Assembly: GCF_006345805.1 (NCBI RefSeq)
Contig: NW_021835229.1
Span: forward strand, 1 to 41,619
DNA from: Octopus sinensis
Taxonomy: Eukaryota
Reading direction: 5' to 3'
DNA length: 41,619 nucleotides
In this document: piece by piece, positions 1 through 12,549 of the stretch
Position numbering within the stretch: the stretch's first letter is position 1
How the letters are laid out: the number at the start of each line of letters is the position of its first letter
Made by a program: the position numbers and the translations under genes
Notes under the pieces: model-generated
What the model was told of the DNA's origin: nothing
Seen by the model: the letters and a program-made list of their open reading frames with translations, nothing else
Databases searched by the model: none

Positions 1-46
<46 letters not shown>
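1..46. repeat. (TAA)n microsatellite
   Basis: Pure TAA run at the window start; a second TAA-rich run at 539-624 flanks the other side of the 47-538 element. Confidence 0.95.
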
Positions 47-47
<1 letters not shown>

Positions 48-538
48 TCGTGTACATTGTTTCGTCTTGGTATAAAAGATGGACTACGGCAAATATTCTA
101 CTCAATACCACAGATTTGCTAGTCAGTTGTTCCACCTTAACCAGTTGAGCATGTCCCTTAGTGGCTGATGACATGTGCATCTCTGATCCCGAGCAGAAGT
201 AGTGGGGGAGCATCATAGCCATGTGTTGAGAGGAATTCTTGGAGGTTTGGATAATTCACCTCTGGAAACATGGGTGTTTCGTTCAACATTCTTAAACAAA
301 CCTTATTCAAGGACCTTTTGAGCGGGATGGGCTACACAACCTGAAGAAAATTCCAACTGGGCCCTTAACTACAAGGTCATGCACTGTTTGTCTTGATATG
401 AGATCACCATGTCACGCGTAAATGGTTGTGATGCATATGCCTGGTGTACATGCCTGGTGTAGTCATAATGGGTATACTGGGCTTTGGTATATTTTACCCC
501 AGTGTCACTTTGATGGCATGCACTGCGCTCTCACTCAA
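47..538 (+). mobile_element. Interspersed repeat embedded in (TAA)n (family A), probable non-autonomous retroposon
   Basis: Homologous to the reverse complement of 6235-6618. Ends ...GCTCTCACTCAA followed by (TAA)n. Orientation inferred from that tail. Confidence 0.7.
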
Positions 539-563
539 AAATAATAATAATAATAAAAAAAAA

Positions 564-597
<34 letters not shown>

Positions 598-1103
598 TAA
601 TAATAATAATAATAATAATAATAACGAGCAAAAATAACAGAAACGTTGGGCTGCGTACATTTATGGTAGAGATTATATATTTTTCAAGGTCTGCAGCTTT
701 AAGCTTTTCTATGCCCATAACTCCTTTCTAGTTGGAGCTTTTAAAAAAATTCGACTTTGATAGCGCAAAGAGACTGTCATTTCGGAAGAGTTCCACAAAC
801 AGAATGAAAGAGGACGGACGGGATGAAGCGCCAAAGTGTTGCAGGCACAAACCGATGGAGAGGGAATGAGGGTGGGGCTATAACTGATTCGGGTTTGTCT
901 TTTGTTTTTTTGTTGTTTCTTTTTGTTGTTGTTTTTTTTTTTGGTTTTTCGAACTTCGAGTCATTTATTTGAAAAATAACATAAAATAAAATAAAACACC
1001 GTGAAAAACATGTCAAGGTTGATAAACGCCTCTTTCCTCACGTTTTTTTCCCCTTGCCTGAACATGAAACGGACTGCTTCATTAAACTGGTCCTTTTCGC
1101 TTC

Positions 1104-1104
<1 letters not shown>

Positions 1105-1142
<38 letters not shown>

Positions 1143-1170
1143 GTCATCATCATCATCATCATCATCGTCG

Positions 1171-1205
<35 letters not shown>

Positions 1206-1287
1206 GTCATCGTCATCATCATCATCATCATCATCGTCATCGTCATCATCATCTTCATCGTCATCATCATCATCATCATCATCATCG

Positions 1288-1337
<50 letters not shown>

Positions 1338-1520
1338 GTCATCATCATCATCATCGTCATCATCACCACCATCATCATCGTCATCATCATCATCATCATC
1401 ATCATCGTCACTATCATCATTACCACCAAAACCAACATTTATCCTCATCATCAGTCATCATCGTCATCATCATTGTCATCATCATTATCACCACCACCAC
1501 CACCATCAGCAGCATCGCCA
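1105..1520. repeat. (CAT)n/(CGT) microsatellite, ~400 bp
   Basis: Directly visible; source of the poly-H/S/D/M ORFs. Confidence 0.95.
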
Positions 1521-1714
1521 TCTTCTATCAGAAATCTCCTCTCCTACCTATCATTTGGATTTCTGGTTCAACAAATTGATGATTTCATTAAATTTCATTC
1601 CACCATTCTGTTTTGTTTTGTTATTTTATTTTTTTTATTTTTTTGAATTTTAAGATTTTTATTATTGCCTATTCCGTGTGCTTGCATTTCTGTGTTTGCA
1701 TATGAGTAGGTGCT

Positions 1715-1719
1715 TGTGT

Positions 1720-1762
<43 letters not shown>

Positions 1763-1889
1763 CGTGAGTACGTGTGTGTATGCGTGAGTACGTGTGTGTA
1801 TGCGTTGAGTGTGTGCATACGTGAGTGCGTGTGTGTATTTACCACCGATTGTTTTTTTAATTCAACTTCGTCTTGTGGCTATTACGCAT

Positions 1890-1946
<57 letters not shown>

Positions 1947-2164
1947 TTGCTGCTGCTACTACTACCTCTATTATTACTACTACTACTACTACTATTACTG
2001 CTACTACTACCTTTATTATTACTACTACTACTACTAACTACTACTACTACTATTACTACAACTGTTTTTATTATTATTATATTTTCACTATTACTAACAT
2101 AACCATGATCACCACAATATATGCAATAACAGGAGTTGCAATAGCAGCAGCAGCAGCAGCAGTG

Positions 2165-2222
<58 letters not shown>
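1715..2222. repeat. Cluster of (TG)n, (CTA/CTG)n and (GCA/GTA)n microsatellites
   Basis: Directly visible. Confidence 0.9.
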
Positions 2223-2829
2223 ACATTGAGATTTTCTGGCGAGGTTGATTTTCTTAATAGCCAGGAAATGAGGAGATGCAGTGATGGTCATACCTTTACA
2301 CAGAGCATTATTGCCACAGTTTTAACCGTCCAAACATCGATGTGATGGTCATGGTCACAATGTATTTGATTATTAGATCATTTGATCGATTAGGTTTGAT
2401 CTGGGGCTAAACAATACCTATCCCCCACATCTATTACCAAAAAGAAGTCATGGCCATCATCCTCTTCATCATCGTCGTCGTCATCTCATTATTGTCATCA
2501 CCATCGTCATCATCATCATCATCATCATCAATTACATCAGCATCATCGTAGTCGTCATTAACAACAGCCCCAATACCAACAAAATCATCGAGAGAGATAC
2601 CATGAGTTACTTGACTTTCTGGATTTTCACATCGCACCACTATCATTTTATAAAAGCATGCGTCAGACAGCGTGCTTCTGGGTTTCCTGCAGTAGGAAAA
2701 AGACGTGATGGTCACGCCTTGAATGCTTTGATTAAAGATATGCTTGGTTAAAGTCTGACCTGAGTTGAAACAATGACATCAACAATAACAGCAGAACTAG
2801 CAAAGGAGCATATATACTGACGATTGTTT

Positions 2830-3003
2830 TACTAGGAATAGCAGCTAGGTATCCTTTATAATGAATCTTTTTCGTCTTTATACAGAAAGGAGACGCTGGA
2901 CAATGTAGTCCTAGATAGACTGTTACTGAATAAAAGACGAAGCGTTCACGGATGGAATGTCCTTGATCATAAGTCTACACAAGCAAGGCTGACTTGGGGG
3001 TTA
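2830..3003 (+). mobile_element. Old diverged repeat (family F); related copies near 2250-2415, 2600-2790, 4440-4592, 22760-22935 and 7890-7960 (-)
   Basis: Shared degenerate motifs AAAAGACG..GATGGTCA.G..TGGAATG, TTTGATCAT and CTGGGG.TAAACAA across copies. Confidence 0.5.
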
Positions 3004-3349
3004 TATAAGAGCAGTTGCTCAGTTCCAATGGATTCTTTCACCCAAAGGAAAATACATAATTGTTATAATTAATTCAGTACTAATATGATATAATGAACCA
3101 GGAAATTTTAATTGATTATTTCAATTACGCCCTTAATGAGAAGAAAGAAAACAGAGCTTAATTATCCATTGAAGTAAAAGACAAAGGACAAGAGAAACAA
3201 TTACAAATTTTTAATCAAATCTAATTAAAATAGAATGCTAATATGTAATGGAGAAGTATTCTGATTTTTTTTATATGGCCTAACACATGGATCCTCAAGC
3301 ATTTTTTACATATGGACCCCCACCACAATTACTGTTTTATCCTATCCTT

Positions 3350-3747
3350 CAAAATTCATCTTTTGTTATTCACACATTAACTTGTGTAGGTGGAACTATG
3401 GAAAATGATACAGAAAGAAAGTTAGTTGTTTCTTGCAATACACACCAATACATACGATGGCCTTCCATAAACAACCTTGCCCGGACTTGTACCTCGGAGG
3501 GTAACTCGTACATCTAAAGCAAAATGTTTTCAGGGGCCCTTCAAATATTACTGTAAATCCCCAATTTACTATTTTTCCTGCGTGGATCCTCTTTCATTAC
3601 TATTTTATTCCATAGCAATTCGATGTTTATAAACTAGTTTTATAGATATTTTTTTCAAAATTCATCTTTCGATATACACACATTGTGTAGGTCGAACTAT
3701 GTAAAATGTTGGAGAAAGAAACCGAGCTATTTCTTGCAATAGACACA
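3350..3747 (+). repeat. Diverged ~95-bp direct duplication (3350-3445 and 3656-3747) within a decayed DNA-transposon-like region
   Basis: CAAAATTCATCTTT...TTGTGTAGGT.GAACTATG.AAAATG...TTTCTTGCAATA.ACAC occurs twice; repeated TGGA(T/C)CC motifs nearby. Confidence 0.6.
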
Positions 3748-3909
3748 TTAAAATAAAATAAAAACTTTTAATAGACTCTTAAAATAATACTGTGGATCCT
3801 CAATTGCTGGCGTGAGTCACCCCGCAAAAAAATCTGATATGAACCATTGATCTAATATTACAACACTATGTCGCAAGTCAAGGGAGACAACCAGTTTAAT
3901 ATTCTTTAT

Positions 3910-4247
3910 AGGAGACCCCCTTCGGTCATGAATGACCATGGGATTGCACCTAGAAAGTTACCCTCCGAGGCACAAGTCCGGGCAAGGTTGTTTATTGAAG
4001 ACCATCAGTCGCCCATGCATACCAGTCTCGCCTCTCCACGCCACTGATGTTATCCAAGGGAAAAGCAAAGGCCGATACAGCTTGGCACCAGTGATGTCGC
4101 ATCTCATTTCTACAGCTGAGTTAACTGGAGCAACATGAAATAAAGTGTCTTGCTCAAGAACACAACACGCAGCCCGGTCCAGGAATCGAACTCACAACCT
4201 CACGATCGTGAGCTCGACACTCTAACCACTGAGCCATGCGCCTTCAC
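3910..4247 (-). mobile_element. tRNA-derived CORE-type SINE (family B), full length
   Basis: Minus-strand head GTGAAGGCGCATGGCTCAGTGGTTAG (A box) and GAGTTCGATTCC (B box); CORE-like TTCTTGAGCAAGACACTTTA; 12-bp TSD AATATTCTTTAT (3898-3909, 4248-4259). Confidence 0.9.
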
Positions 4248-4786
4248 AATATTCTTTATGCATGCAAATCATCAATACTAAAATGGCCAGTCGAATAAAT
4301 CGACAACATTATATAACGGGTACCTATTTTATCCAATCAAAGGGCTGAAAGATAAAGGCGGCTCTGGTGGGATTTGAACTCAGAACTGAGGAAAATAAAG
4401 TTAAATATGTTGAGAAAGGTATTTGTTTTCCCAATTCCTACCCTATAGTTTCTTATTAAAGGAAGGGCGCGTTAGATAGCGTAGCCCTAGTTATGCCTGA
4501 GGAAATAACGGGATGGTCATTGGTGGAACGGTTTTGATCGGTCCTGTTTGTTTAGGGCGGTCTCGCAATAAGCGACAATAACAATAACAACAACGTCTTC
4601 TCATGCATTATGCACCACTGGTGTCTCTCAAATTTCAGAACTGTAGCGAAGTAAATTGCCTTTTGATGACGTCAGTAAAGCCTTTGACTGGATTTCGCAT
4701 GAGAACCTTTAAAACTAAGGTCCCAACACACAAAGCCTACGTCTTTGTCCTTGGCTGCCTCTTTCTCTTCCTTCTCTCTCACTCTC

Positions 4787-4829
<43 letters not shown>

Positions 4830-5019
4830 ACTCTCTCCTTTCTCTCTTAATTCGAAAGATTTCTCTTCAGGTTGTCCCCCATTCAACGCTTTCTTCCTCT
4901 GGCACATGACTGCGGGAATCAGAGATGAGTAAGACGTGATTTTTCGCGACGAGAAATCGACTCACAATGTAATGAGGCTTAACTGAACGCAACAAGCAAG
5001 CAATGCTGTTGCTGCTGTT

Positions 5020-5684
5020 GATGATGATGATGACGATGACGACGACGACGACGACGACGATGTTGTTGGTGGTGTGGCGGTGGTAGTGGTGGTGGTGGTG
5101 GTCGTCGTCGTCGTGGCGGTCGTGATGGTCGTCGAGGTCGTGGTGGTTTGGTGGTGATGTCGATGATGACGATGATGATGATGATGATGATGACGATGAC
5201 GACGACGACGACGACGACGATGTTGTTGGTGGTGTGGCGGTGGTAGTGGTGGTGGTGGTGGTCGTCGTCGTCGTGGCGGTCGTGATGGTCGTCGAGGTCG
5301 TGGTGGTTTGGTGGTGATGTCGATGATGACGATGATGATGATGATGATGATGACGATGACGACGACGACGCGACGACGATTTGGTGGTGTGTGCGGTGTA
5401 GTGGTGGTGGTGGTGGTCGTCGTCGTCGTCGTGGCGGTCGTGATGGTCGTGGAGGTCGTGGTGGTTTGGTGGTGATGTCGATGATGACGACGACGATGAT
5501 GATGATGATGACGATGACGACGACGACGACGACGACGATGTTGTTGGTGGTGTGGCGGTGGTAGGGGTGGTGGTGGTGGTCGTCGTCGTCGTCGTGGCGG
5601 TCGTGATGGTCGTGGAGGTCGTGGTGGTTTGGTGGTGATGTCGATGATGACGATGATGATGATGATGATGATGACGATGATGAC
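5020..5684. repeat. Higher-order tandem repeat: ~4 copies of a ~160-bp unit built from GAT/GAC/GGT/GTC triplet blocks
   Basis: The unit end GGTCGTGGTGGTTTGGTGGTGATGTC recurs at ~5161, 5321, 5479 and 5642. Confidence 0.9.
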
Positions 5685-5807
5685 AATAAGGAGGAGGAGG
5701 AGGAGGAGGAGGAGAGGGTGTCTAATGATGGCTACAACGGGAAGACAACCGCTACGCCACGACTACCACAACCACACGACAATAGTAACGAAAATTATTT
5801 CTTCATT

Positions 5808-5937
5808 TTCTCCGAAGTCGACTTTGCCTTTCATCCTTTCGTTGTAGATACATTAATTAGCAGTGAAACACAGGAGTCCATATAATTGACTAGTCCCCTT
5901 TTCCCTAAATTTCAGGCCTTGTGTCTTCAGTAGAAAG
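5808..5937 (+). mobile_element. 5'-truncated family D SINE
   Basis: GTCGACTTTGCCTTTCATCCTTTCG core and AAATTTCAGGCCTTGTG tail shared with full copies. Confidence 0.75.
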
Positions 5938-5951
5938 GGTTTATTTATTAG

Positions 5952-6164
5952 GGTAGCGAGCTGGCAGAATCGGTAGCACGCCAGGCGAAATGCTTAGCGG
6001 TATTTCGTCTGCCGCTACGTTCTGAGTTCAAATTCTGCCGAGGTCGACTTTGCCTTTCATCTTTTCGGGGTCGATTAAATATGAGTACCTCTTACGCACT
6101 GGGGGTCGATGTAATCGACTTAATTACTTCCCCCAAATTTGAGGCTTTGTGCTTCTAGTAGAAA
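5952..6164 (+). mobile_element. tRNA-derived SINE (family D, Meta-domain-like core)
   Basis: Head GG..GCGAGCTGGCAGAA, B box GAGTTCAAATTC, core GCCTTTCATC.TTTCGGGGTCGAT; many copies in the window. Confidence 0.9.
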
Positions 6165-6234
6165 ATATTATTATTGTTGTTGTTGTTTTGCTGCTGCTGA
6201 TGATGATGATATTGTTGTTGTTGTTGTTGTTGTT

Positions 6235-6617
6235 GAGTGAGAGAGCAGCGCATGCCATCAAAGTGACACTGAAGTACAAATTTATGTCTTCCCGTCTGAT
6301 AAGGGTACACAGGCACATGCATCATGTGTGCGCGACATGGTGATCTCATATCAAGATAAAACAGCACATGACCTTGCAGGTGCGGGCCCAGTTAGAATTT
6401 TCTTCGGGTTGAATAGCCCATCCCGCTCAAAAGGTTCCTGAATAAAGTGTGTTTAAGGATGATGACCAAAACACCCATATTCAAACCCCAAAGAACTCCT
6501 CTCAACGCATAGCTATGATGCTCCCCCACTACTTCGGCTCGTGATCAGAGATGCACATATCGTCAGCCATGACATGCTCAATTGGTTAAGGTCAACCAGA
6601 ATATTTGCTGTAGCCCA

Positions 6618-6618
<1 letters not shown>
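6235..6618 (-). mobile_element. Family A element, second copy with internal deletions
   Basis: Reverse-complement match to 47-538; flanked by (GTT)n and (TTA)n. Confidence 0.7.
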
Positions 6619-6619
<1 letters not shown>

Positions 6620-6655
<36 letters not shown>

Positions 6656-6701
6656 GTTATTATTATTATTGTTATTATTATCATTATTATTATTATTATT
6701 A

Positions 6702-6740
<39 letters not shown>

Positions 6741-6813
6741 CATCATCATCATTATTATTATTGTTATTGTTGTTAATATTATTATTATTATCATCATCAT
6801 CATCATCATCATC

Positions 6814-6845
<32 letters not shown>

Positions 6846-6861
6846 CATTATTATTATTATT
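6620..6861. repeat. (TTA)n/(CAT)n microsatellite
   Basis: Directly visible. Confidence 0.95.
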
Positions 6862-6863
6862 AG

Positions 6864-7074
6864 GGTGGCGAGCCGGTAGAATCGTTAGCATACCGGACAA
6901 AATGTTCAGTAGCATTTCGCTCGTCTTTATGTTCAGTGTTCCATTTCCACCGAGATTAACTTTGCTTTTCATCCTTTTGAGATCGATAAGATAAGTACCA
7001 GTCGAATACTGGGGTGTCGATGTCATCGACTAGCCCCCTTCCCCCAAAATTTCAGGCCTTGTGCCTATAATAGA

Positions 7075-7077
<3 letters not shown>
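6864..7077 (+). mobile_element. Family D SINE
   Basis: Same head, core and tail as 5952-6164; runs into (AGT)n. Confidence 0.85.
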
Positions 7078-7118
<41 letters not shown>

Positions 7119-7121
7119 CGT

Positions 7122-7404
7122 AAAAAACGACGAACTTTTCAAGCCTAGCCAGGTTCATGGGCCCAGTTTCCCGGTTTCTGTGGCGTATGTGGACGGGACG
7201 CCAGTCAAGAAACAGGAAGTAAGAGTGAGAGAAAGTTGTGGCGAAAGAGTGCAACAGGGGTCGCCACCACCCCCTGCCGGAGCCTCGTGGAGCTTTTAGG
7301 TGTTTTCGCTCTATAAACACACACAACACCCGGTCTGGAAATCGTAACCGCGATCCTCTGACCACAAGTCCGCTGCGCTAACCACTGGGCCATTGCGCCT
7401 CCAC
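7122..7404 (-). mobile_element. tRNA-derived SINE (family E)
   Basis: Minus-strand head GTGGAGGCGCAATGGCCCAGTGGTTAG (A box), degenerate B box; sits within an (AGT)n tract. Confidence 0.8.
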
Positions 7405-8106
7405 AGTAGTAGTAATAGTGACACTATAAAACCAGAAAAAGATTACTGCTGCAGCTGCTGCTGTTACTACTACTGCTGCTACTGGTAAGAATATAACGTG
7501 GATTTATATTTTTTCAAATGACTTAACAGAAAAGAAATAACCTCAATAGAAGAATACGAAAAAAAACACTATCAATAAATAAATTAAAAGACGTAATTAA
7601 ATCATTCTCTTGGTGGACCAGAAATGAAATTCAGTTATTGGATTCAAAAATGTTATTCTGTTCTCCACTTCCTCTTTGCCTCCTCCTTCTCCTCGTCTCC
7701 TTTCTCCTCCTCCTCTTTCGCCTACGTCATCCGTCATCCATTTTATATTTAAGCACTTCGATAGTTCTCAAATAGTGAAAATAACAATAGCTTTTAGAAT
7801 TCTCCAGAATTGGTGAGTAGCATTTTGCGAAAGTAATTTCCTCCTTCTCGTTGAGTACTAATTATTGAATATGAACGTGGGCAGTTGTTGTTGTTGTTGT
7901 TCTCGTTGTTTAACCCCAGGTCGATTCTGGTGGTGCAGACATGTGATCAAGAGCATCATATTGGTAATCTATCTCTATGTAGGATGAGTCCCGATCAACA
8001 TAAAGTCGGATTACTAACATTCGTCGAGCTTTAGAAATCTGCAGAATTTTTGCGCATGAAAGCATTGACAATATTGTTAACAAGCACACACACACACACA
8101 GACAGA

Positions 8107-8262
8107 TATGTAGTTGTGTGGTTAGAGAATTTCTTCCCAACCATACAATTCCGGATTCCGTCACTATGCGTACCAACTTGGTCAAATGTCTTCTATTGTA
8201 GCCTCGAGCCAACCAAAGCCTTGTGAGTGGATTTGGTTGACGGAAACTGATAAAAGTCGTCG
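8107..8262 (+). mobile_element. Family C SINE, diverged 5' half
   Basis: CCAAAGCCTTGTGAGTGGATTTGGT.GACGGAAACTG matches full copies. Confidence 0.75.
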
Positions 8263-8264
8263 TA

Positions 8265-8300
<36 letters not shown>

Positions 8301-8306
<6 letters not shown>

Positions 8307-8420
8307 ATATTTCGGAATGGTCATTTTGCCAGTTTAGCCAAAAAAACACACGCACTATAACAATATCTGTTTCAACACACGACTTCACATAAAAAATCTT
8401 GCACAACAAATACTTAAACG
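8301..8420. mobile_element. (TA)n-embedded repeat; related copy at 34749-34855
   Basis: Both share TATTT.GGAATGGTCAT at the left and ATATCTGT..TTCAACAC..TTCACAT.AA.AATCTTG at the right; both flanked by (TA)n. Confidence 0.6.
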
Positions 8421-8448
8421 TATATATATATATATATATATATATATA

Positions 8449-8570
8449 GGCGCAGGCGTGGCTGTGTGGTAAGAAGCTTGCTTCCCAACCACATAGTTTC
8501 GGGTTCAGTGCCACTGCGTGGCACTTTGAGCAGGTGTCTTCGACTATAGCCTCGGGCCGACCAAAGCCCT
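8449..8570 (+). mobile_element. Family C SINE, 3'-truncated
   Basis: Head GGCGCAGGCGTGGCTGTGTGGTAAG, B-box-like GGGTTCAG. Confidence 0.8.
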
Positions 8571-8974
8571 GTTCTATGTGTACACGCGGGCGGTATTGCA
8601 GTACTAGTTACTCAATATTAATTATAGAGATTTTTCTATAAAAAATATTCGAGAAAATATTCTCGCATGGATATCGTTTGTTGCACAATATTTGCGTGAT
8701 TGGTTTTCGCTACGTCAAAAATATAAAAGAAATGTTTTATATTAATCAGAAAAGACGTTGTCTCTTTCAGATGAACAAACAAATAAGTAAATTGCCATCA
8801 ACTTCTCTAGAAAATATTAAATACCATCCTTAGAAATATCTCTGCCTCAGCCTGCGTCGCAACAGAGAAATGACATTTAGATTTTGGTGCTAACAAATAT
8901 AACGCATAGAAACTGAGCATATTAATGAATATGACGGTTATTGTGTTTGTGTATTAAGTGGGTGTATGTTTGTG

Positions 8975-9032
8975 TACACACACACACACACACACATATA
9001 TAAATACTCAGCCACACATGCGCATATATATA

Positions 9033-9111
<79 letters not shown>

Positions 9112-9215
9112 GCGTATGTTTGTTGTGTGCGTGTATATATATATACATGTATGTGCGTATATGCGTGTATATATATATATATATATATAATATATATATA
9201 TATATACACGCACAC
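8975..9215. repeat. (CA)n/(TA)n microsatellite complex
   Basis: Directly visible. Confidence 0.9.
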
Positions 9216-9232
9216 ATGATATATATCTCTAT

Positions 9233-9573
9233 GTGAAGGCGCATGCCTCCGTTGATAGAGCGTCGAGCTTACGATCGTGAGATTGTGAGTTCGAATCCCG
9301 GACCTGGCTGCGTGTTGTGTTCTTGAGCAAGACACTTTATTTCACGTTGCTCCAGTTCACTCAGCTGTAGAAACGAGTTGCGACGTGAGAGGTGCCAAGC
9401 TGTATCAGCCTTTGCCTTTCCCTTGGATAACACTGGTGACGTAGAGAGGGGAGGCCAGTATACGTGGGCGACTGCTGGTCTCCCATAAACAACCTTGCCC
9501 CAACTTGTGCCTGGGAGGGTAACTTACTAGGTGCAATCCCACGGTCAGTGTCGTGACCGAAGACGGTTTCAGC
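9233..9573 (+). mobile_element. Family B CORE-type SINE, full length
   Basis: Homologous to 3910-4247; 12-bp TSD ATATATCTCTAT (9221-9232, 9574-9585). Confidence 0.9.
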
Positions 9574-9600
9574 ATATATCTCTATATTTATACATATTTA

Positions 9601-10486
9601 GGATCTTTTCAATTCTGAAGCCAGGACCACAGATCTTTCTACTTAACTAAATATTCTGAAACTTCGTATGCTGATAGAGTCTAGCAAAACAAGACACAGG
9701 TTGGAACTAGTTTATTGAGAAAAATCTATTTTATGACTTTAATCGTAGATTAAAACTGCGAATTTTAACCAATCAGATTGTTGTTTATGTGTAAAACTTG
9801 ACTGCATTCTATTAGTGTGACGGAGAGAAAGCGCTTTTGTGACGTACTAACGTTCGGAAAACTGTACAAACACAGAGAACGTAACGGCAGACGAAATACG
9901 GCTACGCATTTCGCCCGGCGTGCTAACGTTTCTGCCAGCTCTTTGCTTTTTTAATATTAAATTTCTTGCCTTTTGCACCAAATAAATACAATAAGTGAAA
10001 TGAAACGCATTAGCTTAGAAACGAAATCTTGTTAGAAGCCTCGTCACTGAGATGCCACTTCTAATAGCAAACGAAAGCAAGTACTAACAGAATGGAAACA
10101 TTTTCAATTTAATACATGTGGCTTATTAACTAGTTTTAAATATTGTTATTAGAAGGTGGCTGACTATAGGATCCTGGAAACATGAGTACGTTAAATAATT
10201 AGAAGGAGATTTCACGGAGATATGCGGCTTGTTTACATTTAAGATGTTTAATACGTCACCAAATTGGTGGTCGAGACGGAGTAAATAAAATAAAGCCGAA
10301 TGACGGAATATCATTGGTTAAAATTCTAATTATTAAACAACGTTAAACTTAGAAGTTACAATTCCGTTTTCATTCTGGTTTACAATTAAGTTTACTTTTG
10401 ACACATTCTACCAGTATACGAAGTTTCAAATTGTTTGGTTCAGTAGGAAAAATTTGAAAAAACTGGCTTCAGAATTGAAAAGATCC
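9601..10486. mobile_element. Merlin-like MITE
   Basis: 24-bp TIR GGATCTTTTCAATTCTGAAGCCAG; 8-bp TSD CATATTTA (9593-9600, 10487-10494); subterminal inverted AAACTTCGTAT motif; contains a family D SINE head at ~9877-9941 (-). Confidence 0.85.
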
Positions 10487-11179
10487 CATATTTATATATG
10501 AACTGTTTATGTGGGCATTATATTTATATATTTATGTATATATAGGTATATATGTATGTGTGTGTGTGTCTGCGTGTTTATACACATATGTGCATGTATG
10601 TATTTGTATATTTATACACACACTCACACGCTCATTCTCTCTCTCTCTCTATCTATCAATCTATCTATCTATCTATCTGTCTGCCTGTCTATTTATCTAT
10701 CTCTGACATACACAATATTATGCCCAACACGTACATAATACGAGAAGTGAAATAAATTTACTACAAAGCTTTTCTATGGATGAAACAAGAATTTAAACGC
10801 ATTCTTTCTACAGTACTAATGTACGAAAATGAGTAGGGAAGTTTCCTGATGGGCCGTTTCATTTTTTCTTGACCGTTCTTCAGGGAAATCATAACCAGCG
10901 TCGCTCTCCAATTATTTGCATAAAATACCCAGCTCATATATAAGGCAGCTATAAATTAGATAATCACTCTTGTGGATAGCGTGATATGCTATCCACAATA
11001 GCGTGGATAGCGTGGTAGCGTGATATTGACATAGTTACGTTTTTGATAGTCCTTCGTTAATTAGAAGATACCGCTATTTTATGAACAACACGCTGCATAA
11101 AGCTGAATTGCAATATATTTAAATATTACAAATCTTCGCTGTAAATAAAAATAAAAATGAGAGTAGATTTTTTTTTCTA

Positions 11180-11320
11180 TACATTATTTACATTCGACGG
11201 ATATTTGTCCTCAATTGTTTGTTGTTAACACAACGTTTCGGCTGATATACCCTCCAGCCTTCATCACATGTCTTGGGGAAATCTCGAACCTTAGTTCTCA
11301 TTCCTAAGATTCTTTCTATG
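11180..11320 (-). mobile_element. Penelope-like pseudo-LTR fragment with degenerate hammerhead motif
   Basis: Homologous to 22166-22300. Minus strand reads gTGATGA-A-GGCTG...CAGCC-GAAA-CGTT-GTGT (11228-11271). Confidence 0.65.
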
Positions 11321-12499
11321 TTGTTGATGTGCAGAAAAAAACTATAAGGCGAGTCTTCTAACGGACTATTCCACGGTTTGTTGACCGCTCCTCAGAGACG
11401 TACTCAGCTTCCTACCACAATCAATAACTTAAAGCATTATAAAAAGCAAACGTTTGTGTATGTATGTGTGTTTGTATGCATATTCTTGCCTTTTAATGTT
11501 TCAATATAAGAAAAGTTTGAGTAGATCTCAATTCTTTGTACTAATTTTATCGAGCGTACAAAGCACAAAATGCAAAGTTGACTTCGGTATAAAAGGTCCT
11601 CACTTGTAGGAACCAAATACCACATTTTTTCTTTTATTCACCAATTCTACAATTCTTCACCGATATTTATATTTCGAGCTTCCGCACGGTTTCCACCAAC
11701 CAATTTTCTTCAACAAAGCATTAGTTGACACAAGGCTAATGACACAAGGCGAATGACTAAGAGAGGAGCCAACCACTCAAGGTGCCGCTGAATGGGTTTA
11801 CCTTTTAAGCAATAAGGTTATGCCTACATCCTCTCGTTCATTCATTCATTCGTAGTTGGTTGGTCGGTCGGTCGGTCGGTCGGTTGGTTGGCCGGTTTGT
11901 TGGCCGGTTGGTCGGCCGGTTGGTCGGTTGGTTGTTTGGTATATATTATATTCGTGAAGTAACGCATGCTGATACTGGTCACTGAGTGGTATCCTCAAAC
12001 TTGGAGACCAGACCCCAATGATTGTAACAGGATGAACATCTCCGCTAAAGGCATCCTATGTGCCAGGTGGTGATGTTAAACCGGGTAACGGATTAAGTTT
12101 ATGACCCAAGTTTGTCACAGCTAGGTTTGAACTCAGAACGCAAAGAGCCAGAATGTGCGTTACAAGGCATCCAATTCCACCAATCTGGCGTCCTTGAAGA
12201 ACACCCTAAGGATTAAAATGAAAGTTGGCCTCGGCGGAATTTGAACTCAGTACACTGTATCATAGCAAATATCACAAAACATTCCGTCTGACGTGCTTAA
12301 CAACTCTGCCAAATTTGTCGTTTGTTGTGATTCAATGAAATCTGTTTAGGCTGTGTTTATCAGCATCAAGTATTTTGCTGCTGCAGTTGCTGTTGTGACT
12401 GCTCTTGCTGCTGTGGTTGCTGTTGACTGTTCTTGCTGCTCTTATTGCTTATGATGCTACTACTATTTTTGTTGTTGTTGTCGTGTCGTCGTCGTCATC

Positions 12500-12549
<50 letters not shown>

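Noticed and set aside
1001-2291. Long poly-His/Ser/Asp/Met/Thr ORFs (also 4979-5686, 15133-16232, 28618-29320 and the IY/YI/CV-rich ORFs)
   Set aside because: Translations of stop-free microsatellites, open in several frames and on both strands; no domain content.
3012-3849. hAT/Charlie-like MITE boundaries
   Set aside because: Only a weak right end (GAACCATTG); no convincing left TIR or TSD.
4170-4247. tRNA-like sequences (also at 7330-7404, 9233-9305, 17236-17298)
   Set aside because: They are SINE heads, continuous with SINE bodies (two with TSDs) and lacking a convincing acceptor stem.
4871-4928. Candidate 58-nt micro-exon (TTCAG...GTAAGA) after a (CT)n tract
   Set aside because: No ChAT similarity, not frame-preserving, and such sites are common by chance.
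5020-5684. CRISPR-like array
   Set aside because: Units are wholly repeated with no unique spacers; eukaryotic context; no cas genes.
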